Shown here piece by piece: positions 11,020 to 21,619 of a stretch of DNA of 32,000 bases. Source of the DNA: Psychrobacter cryohalolentis K5. GTDB lineage: Bacteria > Pseudomonadota > Gammaproteobacteria > Pseudomonadales > Moraxellaceae. The first letter of the stretch is position 1; each line of letters opens with the position of its first letter. The stretch is taken from NCBI RefSeq assembly GCF_000013905.1, contig NC_007969.1:2850001-2882000 (forward strand). The letters run 5' to 3'. The position numbers were made by a program, and so were the translations under genes. A model generated the notes under the pieces. It did not search any database. It had not been told where the DNA came from and saw only the letters and a program-made list of their open reading frames with translations.

Positions 11020-11643
11020 TTAGGCCGTTAGCTGTGTTTTTAACTGTTGTAACTTGCCGCGCATCGAATCATCGATGACTTTGTCACCGACTTTGATCGT
11101 AACGCCTGCCAAAAGACTGGCATCCACCGATTCATGAATCACTACGCTAGCATTTAGCGAAGCAGCAAGACGTGCTTGTAGCATATCACGCTGATCATCG
11201 GTTAATGGATAAGCAGAGGTCACATAAGCGTCAAGCTGCTTTAAGCTTACTGCCTTGTGACGGCGATAATGCTCATAAACTTCAGGAAGCAGCGCCAGAC
11301 GCTCTTGTTCTGATAACTGTTTAACGAAGTTACTAAATGCTACTGATACTTTTGAATAGCTGGCGTTGCTGTCAGGGCGAACCCCTTTATTTGCATCTAA
11401 TAACTGCTTAAAAGCAGAATCATTAGCGCTAGCTACTTGCGTATCATAAAGATCGACCAAAGCAGCTGACTTATGCTCAGCAGAAACAGCTGGATTGTCT
11501 AGCCAAGTACTGAACGACTTGTCATTGACAACGGTGGCGGCAACAAATAAGAAGTCTTCCCACTCATTTACTGCCCCGTTTTCATTGGCATAGTCAAACG
11601 CGGCTTTAGCGTACGGTCGTGCTAAGGTTGATAAGTCAGCCAT
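11020..11643 (-). CDS. atpH: F1 ATP synthase subunit delta (OSCP), with an internal insertion of about 30 aa
   Basis: The N-terminus [13 protein letters not shown] and the C-terminus [17 protein letters not shown] are typical of subunit delta. The ORF is 207 aa, against about 177 aa in E. coli. Confidence 0.93.
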   Translation of the reverse strand: MADLSTLARPYAKAAFDYANENGAVNEWEDFLFVAATVVNDKSFSTWLDNPAVSAEHKSAALVDLYDTQVASANDSAFKQLLDANKGVRPDSNASYSKVSVAFSNFVKQLSEQERLALLPEVYEHYRRHKAVSLKQLDAYVTSAYPLTDDQRDMLQARLAASLNASVVIHESVDASLLAGVTIKVGDKVIDDSMRGKLQQLKTQLTA

Positions 11644-11656
11644 TATATCCTCACAA

Positions 11657-12127
11657 TTACAGCTTCGCCGCCAGTTGGTCTAACATGCTGGCATGTTTTT
11701 GCACATCGACTTTGTCTTGCAAAATCTTTTCTGCACCAAGTACCGCCAATTCAGCAACTTGGGCACGTAATGATTCACGTGCTTGATTGATTTCTTGGTC
11801 GATAGAGGCTTGCGCTTGTTGACGAATGCGCTCGCCTTCCACTTGGGCTTGCGATTTTGCATCTTCAACAAGTTGATTGGCGCTTTTATTTGCTTGCTCG
11901 ATCAGAGCAGCAGCTTTAGTCTTTGCAAGATCAAGCTCCTGCTGTACATCTCGCTCCGCGGTCGCCAAATCTGCTTTTGCTTTTTCTGCGGCATTTAAGC
12001 CTTCAGCAATTTTACGCTGACGGTCATTAATTGCGCCGATAAGTGGTGGCCACACGAATTTCATGCAGAACATCACAAAGATTGCAAAAGCAATGGCTTG
12101 ACCGATGAGGGTAGAATTGATATTCAC
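11657..12127 (-). CDS. atpF: Fo ATP synthase subunit b
   Basis: The 156-aa ORF has one N-terminal TM helix ([22 protein letters not shown]) and a long charged coiled coil. Its position in the operon fits. Confidence 0.95.
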   Translation of the reverse strand: MNINSTLIGQAIAFAIFVMFCMKFVWPPLIGAINDRQRKIAEGLNAAEKAKADLATAERDVQQELDLAKTKAAALIEQANKSANQLVEDAKSQAQVEGERIRQQAQASIDQEINQARESLRAQVAELAVLGAEKILQDKVDVQKHASMLDQLAAKL

Positions 12128-12175
12128 GTGATCACCTCTTTGTTAATGAAAAATCAGTTTCATTGATCATATTTG

Positions 12176-12194
12176 ATAGCCAAATTTTGGCTAT
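12176..12194. repeat. Intercistronic hairpin between atpE and atpF
   Basis: The sequence is ATAGCCAA-ATT-TTGGCTAT, an 8-bp perfect stem with a 3-nt loop, inside a 117-nt spacer. Confidence 0.5.
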
Positions 12195-12244
12195 GGTTAA
12201 GATACAAACTTTGACTACCAAACATTTACAACTGAGCTTTCTGA

Positions 12245-12511
<267 letters not shown>

Positions 12512-12526
12512 CTATTGAATGTCTAA

Positions 12527-13405
<879 letters not shown>

Positions 13406-13458
13406 TTATTAATCAACGATTTAATCAACTACCAAAAATATGGTTGTCATCTGATGAG

Positions 13459-13488
13459 ATTTTAGTATGTTTATCTGCCTTGCAACAA
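13459..13488 (-). promoter_or_regulatory. Candidate sigma70 promoter for atpB-C
   Basis: On the minus strand I read TTGTTG (comp 13483..13488), an 18-nt spacer, then TAAAAT (comp 13459..13464), about 60 nt upstream of the atpB ATG. This is a weak pattern match only. Confidence 0.3.
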
Positions 13489-13593
13489 AGCAAGCAAGTG
13501 ACTCATGCTAACACGCTCATGTAACCAATAACATCCAACCCATAGTTCTATGACTCATGCTGATTTGATAGCGTAAGATAAATTTTAGCTATC

Positions 13594-13628
13594 AAAAAAG
13601 GGCTTATGATAGTTCAGTAATAGCCCTT
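13594..13628 (-). terminator. Candidate rho-independent terminator between atpI and atpB
   Basis: On the minus strand I read AAGGGCT-(17-nt loop)-AGCCCTT followed by TTTTTT. The plus-strand stem arms are at 13598..13604 and 13622..13628, with the A-run at 13594..13599. Confidence 0.5.
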
Positions 13629-14075
13629 TACATGTGTACGCAAAATTCTTATGTATATGTTTACTTATTATCACTGTGTTTTGACAGTCGACGCTTAATA
13701 CAGCGCTGTTAAGTAAAATATTTAGCTGCATATATTAATGCAGGGTTGTATTCGTGTAAAGTCAATTGTGACTTTTTTATCCGCTGTATGAATAAGTTAG
13801 CTGCTAGTGGCGTTTAACACCGTTGCTTCGCATCTATAATTAAATTGTAAGAATTTAAGTATAAATAGTAGTAAACGCTCATTTCGCGCTCCCCTACCCG
13901 CACATTACTGCACGCTACCTTATATCAAACGCTCATATCACGATAGTTGGTACTGTCCTAAGACAATTATTATGCTTCGACTTTCTAAAATCAGTCATAG
14001 AGAAGCTGGACGGCAGGGTGACTTGCTAAGCGCAATGAATACTGTAACTATGTATATAGTTATCATTTATTAACA

Positions 14076-14474
14076 CTAGCGTATATGCCACAACATCCAA
14101 CTGTGACTAATTTGCATTACCATAAAACCGATAAACAGCGCTGGCGCAGATAGGGGTTGTACGGTAATAAAAATTAGTGCGAAACCAAACACAGTCAATA
14201 GCCATTTGGCCATCTGACCCCGATAAAGCTGGCTAACAATATGTAAGCGCGCGCGATAACCGGTATACCAAAAGATAAAAAAGGCAAAGACAGCTTGTGT
14301 GGCAAAACTTAGCAAGGCACCAATAGCGGTGCTTTTTGCAACGGTTAGCGCACTGTGCAGCCACATCGTATCTACAAGCCAAGCAATAATAATAAGGATA
14401 AACAGTATCCATGCTTGACGTTTGATATAAATACCAATTTTATCTTTTTGTGTGCGTTTGGCAGGCTTGGTCAT
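14076..14474 (-). CDS. atpI: ATP synthase protein I (AtpI-like small membrane protein)
   Basis: The 132-aa ORF has four predicted hydrophobic helices and a basic N-terminus (MTKPAKRTQKDK). It sits upstream of atpB on the same strand. Similarity to AtpI is at the level of architecture and position, not strong motifs. Confidence 0.65.
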   Translation of the reverse strand: MTKPAKRTQKDKIGIYIKRQAWILFILIIIAWLVDTMWLHSALTVAKSTAIGALLSFATQAVFAFFIFWYTGYRARLHIVSQLYRGQMAKWLLTVFGFALIFITVQPLSAPALFIGFMVMQISHSWMLWHIR

Positions 14475-14768
14475 GGTATTTCTATAGCCTTAAACATTTG
14501 GATTATATCGCTATCTAATATCATCGCGACACTATTATCCGTGAATGGCTCACTCTACAGATGTTACCTTTTAACCAAAATTAAACGCCACTTATTATAG
14601 GGAGCGAGCCCCTTTTAAGCAAGTAAAATATACCTTTTATCAGTCACCTAGCTCAATCATCAAGAATTCATATACTTAAGCGTAGATAACCAGTCTTTGA
14701 CCGGCACTATATCACAGTCTTTAGGGATTCTTAATTAACAGTTTCAATCACTTATTCTAATAAGTCCA

Positions 14769-15698
14769 TTATGATATACATTGGCGAATCTGCTGTGCCA
14801 TCGTTTGCCACCCACTGACAAAGTCCTTACTATTACTCATATCTTCTGCCTGAACGGTTTCTTGAACGGGCTGTAACTTGGCAAGTAAACCTTTGGCAGG
14901 CGCACTTGGACTGACCAGACACATTTTCTTAGCGGGGCGCTGCTCGTTAAGCCAGCGTAATTGACTGGCTTTTGGTGCTAAATGATCGTCAGTACTTAAG
15001 CTGCCGATGAGCTGTAGGTTCATGCTGTTTTCCATATATTGATAAGCATCATGATAAGCCCAATACGGCAAAGGTTTTTGTTTAGCACTACTGTTTGCCA
15101 CTGCTGCATCCATACGTTGGGCAAATTTTTGTGCATTGGCATGATAAAGTTCTTTATATTGCGGATCGGCATGACTATGTATGACGGCAAGAGCACGGGT
15201 AATGGCTTTGGCGTTGTTAGGATCCAACCAAATATGTGGATCAAGCGTGCCAGCGATAGGCTTGCCTTTGATATCACGCAAAGGATGGCGATTAAAAGCA
15301 TCAAACTTAAATAAAGCGATAGAGTTAGGCGCGTCGTTTAAATTTGCTGCCAAGTTATTTTCTAACGGCTCACCAAACCAAACCACAAAGGTACTGTCCT
15401 GAATCGCTTTGATATCGCCGGGGCTGATACTACCATGATGCCCTACCTCTCCTGCTTGTAATAATTGCTTGGCAGGGGGTGCGCCTTCAGTAACTGCTTG
15501 GCTTAACAAAAATAATGGATAATTACTCACACTCACCGTTGCCGCTTGAGCTGGTAACGCCAAAAACCCTAACATCAACAAGCTAGCTATTAAGAAGTAC
15601 TGCTGTGTTAATTGCTGCACCTTATGCAAAAGATTCTTTTCCTGAACGTTTAAGCTGTTATCTACAATCGGCGTGGCTTTATGAGAATTGGCAATCAT
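14769..15698 (-). CDS. znuA: Zinc ABC transporter periplasmic substrate-binding protein ZnuA
   Basis: The ORF has a signal peptide (LIASLLMLGFLALPAQAA) and the cluster-9 SBP motifs DPHIWLDPNNA and YWAYHDAYQY. It is divergent from zur-znuCB, with a Zur box in between. The true start within the first ~30 codons is uncertain. Confidence 0.88.
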   Translation of the reverse strand: MIANSHKATPIVDNSLNVQEKNLLHKVQQLTQQYFLIASLLMLGFLALPAQAATVSVSNYPLFLLSQAVTEGAPPAKQLLQAGEVGHHGSISPGDIKAIQDSTFVVWFGEPLENNLAANLNDAPNSIALFKFDAFNRHPLRDIKGKPIAGTLDPHIWLDPNNAKAITRALAVIHSHADPQYKELYHANAQKFAQRMDAAVANSSAKQKPLPYWAYHDAYQYMENSMNLQLIGSLSTDDHLAPKASQLRWLNEQRPAKKMCLVSPSAPAKGLLAKLQPVQETVQAEDMSNSKDFVSGWQTMAQQIRQCIS

Positions 15699-15760
15699 GC
15701 GTTATTGATCCTATTAAGTCATTGAACTGCGATATCTTTAATATATTAAGTTTCCAATCA

Positions 15761-15781
15761 TTATGTTATACTATAACATAA
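15761..15781. promoter_or_regulatory. Zur box (perfect 10-1-10 palindrome) in the znuA / zur-znuCB divergent region
   Basis: The site TTATGTTATA-C-TATAACATAA matches the gammaproteobacterial Zur operator core (GAAATGTTATAnTATAACATTTC). It lies 63 nt upstream of the znuA start. Confidence 0.85.
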
Positions 15782-15985
15782 TTAAATCCCACTTTTATTT
15801 TGCATTACAGCTATTCTGTTTTTGCTAACCGCAGTCCAACCTACAAAAGCGATGTTGATTAAAAGTAATAGTAAGGTTTGGCAAATCTACGTATTGATAT
15901 AGCCATTTACCGTTATACTGTGCGGAATTTAATTAAAACCGAATACTTTCTGCATTTATTGAAAATGCTTTTGGGAGTTTGTGCT

Positions 15986-16507
15986 ATGCCGACCACTTCA
16001 TCGAACTGTGAGCATGCTCATGACGTGCAAGATTTTACGCCACAGGATGTGACCGAGCGTCTAGAAGCAGCAAAAGAGCAGTCTCGTATGCGAGGTGTGC
16101 GTTTTACCCCCTTACGGCAGCAGATATATACGCTGGTATTGCAGGCCAATAAACCAGTGGGTGCTTATGATTTAATCACTCAGTTACAGCAAATGCGACT
16201 CTTAGATAATGACAGTGAGCTTGAGGGCACGAAAAATGTCGCACCGCCAACTGTATATCGCAGTTTAGAGTTTTTATTGAGCGAAGGCTTGATTCATCAG
16301 CTGACCTCTATCAATGCTTATGTACCTTGCTGTCATCCACGCGCTCATCATACGGCAGCCTTTTTAATTTGTGAGCAGTGTCAACGCGTACAAGAGTGTA
16401 GCAGCTTACCTGTGCAAGAGATGATGAGCTTTGCTGAAGAAGATATCGGCTTTACCGTTGCTCGTAGTGTGATTGAGCTGAGCGGTCGTTGCCAAGCCTG
16501 TCAGTAA
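15986..16507 (+). CDS. zur: Zinc uptake regulator Zur (Fur family)
   Basis: The ORF has a winged-helix region (RFTPLRQQIYTLVL...PVGAYDL...VYRSLEFLLSEGLIHQL) and two Cys pairs, CEQC and CQAC, plus the CCHP motif. The tracked ORF starts at 15878. I chose the ATG at 15986 because GGGAG lies 9 nt upstream and the resulting ~173 aa fits the family. Confidence 0.88.
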   Translation: MPTTSSNCEHAHDVQDFTPQDVTERLEAAKEQSRMRGVRFTPLRQQIYTLVLQANKPVGAYDLITQLQQMRLLDNDSELEGTKNVAPPTVYRSLEFLLSEGLIHQLTSINAYVPCCHPRAHHTAAFLICEQCQRVQECSSLPVQEMMSFAEEDIGFTVARSVIELSGRCQACQ

Positions 16508-16549
16508 AAATTTAGATTACTGTTATATTTAAACCTATTCCCTATCCAT

Positions 16550-17296
16550 ATGCGCGGTCATCTGATGAATAATACAAGTAAGCTGCTGAACTTAAGCAAT
16601 GTCAGCTACTATATTGGTCAACAACGTTTACTGTCTAATATTAATATTGACATTGCAGTCAATGAGACGGTAAGCGTTATTGGTCCCAATGGTGCGGGCA
16701 AGTCGACGCTGGTTAAGCTTATTTTGGGACTGATTGTACCAACATCTGGACAGGTCACGCCTTCTGAGCCTTTACAGATAGGCTATGTGCCGCAACGATT
16801 TTCTGTGCCACCAATACTGCCATTACGTGTCAGCGACCTTTTAGCGCAAGCCTGTAAAAAACGCCTTACGGCAGAGCAGCGGCAGTTTATATTTGATAAA
16901 TTATCATTGACCCATTTACTCTCGCGGCAGATGCTGCACCTCTCTGGCGGTGAAACTCAACGGGTATTATTGGCACGGGCGTTATTAGATAAGCCCAACT
17001 TATTGATTTTAGATGAGCCGATGCAAGGTCTTGATCCTGAAACGGAGGTTTGGTTGTATCAATTTATTGATGAACTACCGGAATTTTTACGCTGTGCTAT
17101 GTTAGTAGTCTCGCATGATTTGCACTGGGTCATGAAAGGCAGTCGAAGAGTGATTTGCTTGAATAAGCATATTTGCTGTGAAGGTCAACCGAGCGAGCTT
17201 GCCATCAGCAGTGAGTTTCAAAAGCTATTCGGTCATCATTACGAGCAGCCGTATGTCCATCAGCCGCATGCCTGCGAGCATCACGCACCAAGCTAG
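16550..17296 (+). CDS. znuC: Zinc ABC transporter ATP-binding protein ZnuC
   Basis: The ORF has Walker A GPNGAGKST, the ABC signature LSGGETQR and Walker B LLILDEP, plus a His-rich C-terminus. An alternative start exists at 16565. Confidence 0.9.
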   Translation: MRGHLMNNTSKLLNLSNVSYYIGQQRLLSNINIDIAVNETVSVIGPNGAGKSTLVKLILGLIVPTSGQVTPSEPLQIGYVPQRFSVPPILPLRVSDLLAQACKKRLTAEQRQFIFDKLSLTHLLSRQMLHLSGGETQRVLLARALLDKPNLLILDEPMQGLDPETEVWLYQFIDELPEFLRCAMLVVSHDLHWVMKGSRRVICLNKHICCEGQPSELAISSEFQKLFGHHYEQPYVHQPHACEHHAPS

Positions 17297-17371
17297 ATAT
17301 AATAAAAATCAAATGACTTAAATCAAAAACGACCTGATTACCTTTTTTATAAAAATTTACGGATATGTATT

Positions 17372-18205
17372 ATGAGTGCTTGGTTAGCCATTATTGCGCC
17401 TGCTTGGATTGCCGGTAGTATTTTAGCATTGCTTTCAGCACCTTTAGGATGTTTGGTGTTGTGGCGACGTATGGCTTTTTTCGCTGATGCATTAGCACAT
17501 GGGACATTACTAGGTGTGGCACTGGCGGTATGGTGGCAGATGCCAATGGGTATCGGTATTGCGTTGGTAAGCGTGATGGTGGTATTGGGACTGGCATTTA
17601 TGGATGATGAGCGCTTACCAGCCGATGCTGTACTAGCAGTGGTTGCCGTATCCTTACTGTGTCTGGGATTATTAACTTTAACCCAACTAACCGATCAGCA
17701 AGCAAACGTCTTAGGGTTCTTGTTTGGTAACTTGCTTGAGCTTGATTGGGCAGATTTGCCCTTAATTGCTGGTAGTGTACTAGTCGGATTAGCATTACTC
17801 ATTTATATATGGCCTGCCCAAATTAAATTGGCAACCCATGAAGCTTTGGCACGTATACAAGGCATTAACCCTACTCGCCAACGTCTGTTTTTTATGGGCG
17901 TATTAGCAGGGTTCTGTGCCATCGCTTTGCAAGCTGTTGGCAGCTTATTGATCAGTGGCTTATTGGTATTGCCAGCTCTTACTGCTCGCCTGTGGTCAGC
18001 GTCACCAAAACAGATGGTGATTATCGCCCTATTTACAGCACAACTTGGTGTGACACTCGGTGTATGGGGTAGTATTTGGCTTGATATCCAAACTGGACTC
18101 TCTATCGTCTTAGTCTTAGCCAGTTTGTTCTTTACCGCTTTAATCATCTCAAAACTGACCACATCAAAATCCATATTGGCAAAGTTTTGGTCGCCACGCC
18201 GTTAG
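17372..18205 (+). CDS. znuB: Zinc ABC transporter permease ZnuB
   Basis: The 277-aa polytopic ORF belongs to the ABC-3 family (FFADALAHGTLLGVALA) and follows znuC. Confidence 0.9.
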   Translation: MSAWLAIIAPAWIAGSILALLSAPLGCLVLWRRMAFFADALAHGTLLGVALAVWWQMPMGIGIALVSVMVVLGLAFMDDERLPADAVLAVVAVSLLCLGLLTLTQLTDQQANVLGFLFGNLLELDWADLPLIAGSVLVGLALLIYIWPAQIKLATHEALARIQGINPTRQRLFFMGVLAGFCAIALQAVGSLLISGLLVLPALTARLWSASPKQMVIIALFTAQLGVTLGVWGSIWLDIQTGLSIVLVLASLFFTALIISKLTTSKSILAKFWSPRR

Positions 18206-18514
18206 AAGGTAGGCCATTTGCCATAACACACTATAGCCATAGGTAATGCTCTCAAATATCTCTTTCCCTTGCACAACTTTATTTCATTAAAATTGCTAAA
18301 GCTTTCATACGTTTAATGTTGTAAAATTTCACTAATGCTATCAATATGATAGTTAATAGCGCTTTACGCAAGAGGGAACACCCTTCTTATCAGCAGTCTA
18401 AAATGCGCTCTATAAAAACGACATTGAGAAATCAGGTGAGCTGCCATGGTGCATTTAATTATCTGAATATCCTAAAAGTGTTCATTGTTAGTCTTCGATA
18501 AGGGACAAAATTTA

Positions 18515-19354
18515 ATGCCAAGCTATCCTGTGAGTGCCGTCAGCACGCCAGACGGACAGGTGAATGTATTGCAAATCACTGATTTGCATCTATCATCACA
18601 TGTGCCGGCTTCTGCTGATGAAACCAGTAGTGAAGTCGCTGTTTGCCAATATAGTTTTGAGGCAATTATCAAGCAAGCATTGAGCAAAGAGATACGGTGT
18701 GATTTAATTATTGTAACAGGCGATTTGGTCAATAAAGTAGAGCCTGCTATTTATGACCATATTTTTACAGTATTGAAGGAGACGGGTATTCCTTTTGCCT
18801 GTATTGCTGGCAATCATGACGTGACTGATGAGATGGGTGAGGATTTACCTTTTTACCAACGGACGCTGATTGCGAGGGCTTGTGACCCACGTCTGCTTAG
18901 CCGTCATTTGATTGAATCTGAGCATTGGCAGCTGCTTTTACTAGACTCATCGATTACTGGCAAAGTAGAAGGCGAGATTACGGCGACCGACATTGATTGG
19001 GTACGTGAGCAGCTAGCATCTTGTGCTAAGCCCGCGCTCATCGCGCTCCATCATCATGTATTGCCCGTAGATTCCGAATGGATTGATAGCCATATGGCAG
19101 AAAATGCAGAAGAGTTCTGGCAGCATATAACCCCTTTTGAAAATCTTAGCGTTATTATCAATGGGCATACCCATCAAGAGCAAACACGCCATTATCAAGG
19201 TGTCACTGTATATAGCACTCCTTCTACCTGCTATCAATTTAAGCCGTTTGAAGACAATTTTGCCTACGATAAAAATATGCGCCCAGGGTATCGTTGGTTG
19301 CAATTAGCCAACAATGGAAAGGTTGCAAGCTGGGTTGAAAGACTAGATACTTGA
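18515..19354 (+). CDS. cpdA: 3',5'-cyclic nucleotide phosphodiesterase CpdA/Icc (class III metallophosphoesterase)
   Basis: The metallophosphoesterase motifs appear in order: ITDLHL, TGDLV, GNHD, LHHHV, GHTH. The tracked start at 18485 is a TTG, so I chose the ATG at 18515, which has AAGGGA upstream. Confidence 0.8.
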   Translation: MPSYPVSAVSTPDGQVNVLQITDLHLSSHVPASADETSSEVAVCQYSFEAIIKQALSKEIRCDLIIVTGDLVNKVEPAIYDHIFTVLKETGIPFACIAGNHDVTDEMGEDLPFYQRTLIARACDPRLLSRHLIESEHWQLLLLDSSITGKVEGEITATDIDWVREQLASCAKPALIALHHHVLPVDSEWIDSHMAENAEEFWQHITPFENLSVIINGHTHQEQTRHYQGVTVYSTPSTCYQFKPFEDNFAYDKNMRPGYRWLQLANNGKVASWVERLDT

Positions 19355-19877
19355 CGACCAGTTTTATTGACTAGAATTGATTACTTGTCTGGCTATAATG
19401 GTGCTTTGAGTCTGTCGGCTATATTGTTCGCTGATTTTGCTTGATTCGTTATAGAATGGCTGGCAAAGTATAGGTTGATATCGATATAACTAATCAGATT
19501 TTTGTCTTGAGAGCTATATTTTGAAGACAGCATTACAAACGATAAATAGTGATAAAAATCACAACAGTTTAATATATCATTAGGCAATATTATAATAGCT
19601 AGGATGGCTACATCGACCACAATTTAAGTGTTCACAGTCAGTGACTTATTATTTTATTTAGGCATAACCATTTAAATAAAAATATTTATGACAATATACT
19701 TGACTATTGATACGTCATTATCAGCATATTGAGACAAACATTTTAATCAGATCAGCTGTGTTACTAAGTGGTAAAACGTTTTATAAAGGGAAAATTTATA
19801 GCGTTTGGTAAATTGATAACGTCTGGTCTTTTGACAGCACGTTTTATTGAATTAATTTGAAAAAGTAGGATACCCAT

Positions 19878-20318
19878 ATGAGCACCCTGACCACGAATCC
19901 AAGTGATGTTAAGTTTACGCCTTATGCACCTGCCAAAGACGAAGAGTATATGTCTGATGAGCAGTTGGCACATTTTAAGGCAATGTTATTAGACTGGAAG
20001 CATCAGCTTATCGGTGAAGCGGATCGCACCAAGACTTATATTCAAGATGAGTCGAGTGCCATGCCAGACATCAATGATCGCGCCACTCAAGAAGAAGAGT
20101 TTGCGCTGACTTTGCGTACACGTGACCGCGAACGTAAGCTTATTCGCAAAATCGACAAGTCTATCTCAGAAATCGAAAATGATGATTATGGTTTTTGTGA
20201 AACCTGTGGCGTAGAGATTGGTTTGCGTCGTCTTGAAGCACGTCCAACAGCAACTCAGTGTATTGATTGCAAAACATTGTCTGAGATTAAAGAACGCCAA
20301 AACCAAGGTCATACCTAA
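19878..20318 (+). CDS. dksA: RNA polymerase-binding transcription factor DksA
   Basis: The 146-aa ORF has a coiled-coil tip with DxxDxA (DINDRATQEEE) and a canonical 4-Cys zinc finger CETCGVEIGLRRLEARPTATQCIDC. Confidence 0.95.
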   Translation: MSTLTTNPSDVKFTPYAPAKDEEYMSDEQLAHFKAMLLDWKHQLIGEADRTKTYIQDESSAMPDINDRATQEEEFALTLRTRDRERKLIRKIDKSISEIENDDYGFCETCGVEIGLRRLEARPTATQCIDCKTLSEIKERQNQGHT

Positions 20319-20386
20319 AAGCGCTTAGGTTTGCTAAATACAAGATATAGTGAACTGAAGCGGTTTTGATCAAGCATGACAATAAG

Positions 20387-20423
20387 GACGAGCGACCATT
20401 GATTGGTCGCTCGTTGCGTTTTA
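20387..20423 (+). terminator. Rho-independent terminator between dksA and gluQ
   Basis: The stem is (G)ACGAGCGACCA paired with TGGTCGCTCGT(T), 11-12 bp with a 5-nt loop, followed by GCGTTTTAT. Confidence 0.7.
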
Positions 20424-20581
20424 TAAATAGGCTTTACGCAGGTTGACGAGTCACCAACAAAATAAGCGTATTTGTTAAATATCTTTTTATAGGTGGATTG
20501 TTTATTCTATTCATCTCTCTAGTCATTTTACAATAACTGTCTATGTTGAAAACGTTTACCCCGTCTAAGTCAGAAAAAACC

Positions 20582-21571
20582 ATGCCAACCAATATTGAAT
20601 TGACGCAGCCTATCGGCCGTTTTGCGCCTTCACCCACAGGTGAGCTGCATCTAGGTTCGTTAACGACCGCGCTTGCCAGCTTTTGTCATATTAAATCACT
20701 CGGTGGCAAATGGTTATTACGTATCGAAGATACGGACACCGAACGTTGTGACAGACAGTTTACCGAGCAAATTTTGATAGATTTAGAGGCGCTTGGGCTC
20801 AACTGGGATGACGATGTTATTTTTCAATCTGAGCGCATTGATATTTATAATGATTATGTCTGTTCAGTATTAAGTCCTTTGACTTATGGCTGTCAGTGCT
20901 CACGTAAGCGTTTAGAGCATTATTGGACACAGCAAGAACAACAAATAGCGCTTAATGATGTAAAATTATCCACTGACTTGTCTATTAACGATAATAGAAA
21001 AGTAGATAGTGATCTACAGCCCAATAGGCAACGCTATCCACGTTTTTGTATTGAGAAGGATTTAAGTCCTATACAACATAAACTGCGTATACAGCTGCCA
21101 GATTACTGTATTGGATTTAATGATGGTATTCAGGGCATACAGTGGGATAATCCGCAGCAAACTTTAGGGGACATGGTGGCTCGACGTCAAGATGGCATGA
21201 TTAATTATATTTTGGCGGCAAGTCTTGATGATGGACTACAGCAAGTCACCCATATTATGCGCGGTTTGGACATCTTACCGATGACGACTGCTCAAATCAG
21301 TATCATGCAAGCAGCACGCTTACCGACGATCAGTCATTGGTATCATCTGCCTTTGATATGCAATTCAGATGGTCAAAAACTCTCTAAGCAAAATCTTGCG
21401 CAGCCTATCGATACCCGTTATCCAAGTGAATTACTTGCGTATGCGTTAAAGCTATTAGGGCAGTTACCAGTCGAGCATGACTCGCCAGAGCGTATGCTAA
21501 ATCAAGCAATTGCTCAATGGGATAACACGCCATTACAAGGTAGGCAGTCTTTAAATATGCCCGCTATTTAA
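20582..21571 (+). CDS. gluQ: Glutamyl-Q tRNA(Asp) synthetase (GluQRS/YadB)
   Basis: The ORF has the class I aaRS HIGH-like motif [16 protein letters not shown], the LRIEDTD motif and a KLSKQ (KMSKS-like) motif, and lacks an anticodon-binding domain. It shows the conserved dksA-gluQ synteny. I chose the ATG at 20582; the tracked ORF begins at 20543. Confidence 0.88.
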   Translation: MPTNIELTQPIGRFAPSPTGELHLGSLTTALASFCHIKSLGGKWLLRIEDTDTERCDRQFTEQILIDLEALGLNWDDDVIFQSERIDIYNDYVCSVLSPLTYGCQCSRKRLEHYWTQQEQQIALNDVKLSTDLSINDNRKVDSDLQPNRQRYPRFCIEKDLSPIQHKLRIQLPDYCIGFNDGIQGIQWDNPQQTLGDMVARRQDGMINYILAASLDDGLQQVTHIMRGLDILPMTTAQISIMQAARLPTISHWYHLPLICNSDGQKLSKQNLAQPIDTRYPSELLAYALKLLGQLPVEHDSPERMLNQAIAQWDNTPLQGRQSLNMPAI

Positions 21572-21572
21572 C

Positions 21573-21600
21573 AAAAAAACGCCGCTATAAGCGACGCTTC
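21573..21600 (-). terminator. Candidate rho-independent terminator after ftsW
   Basis: On the minus strand I read GCGTCGC-TTATA-GCGGCGT (one G-U pair) followed by TTTTTTT. The plus-strand A7 run is at 21573..21579. It lies 20 nt after the ftsW stop. Confidence 0.55.
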
Positions 21601-21619
21601 TCTAAATCAAAAACACCAA

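Noticed and set aside
17391-18174. Three minus-strand ORFs (68, 65 and 123 aa) inside znuB.
   Set aside because: They are antisense shadows of the ZnuB permease frame. I saw no SD and no recognisable motifs.
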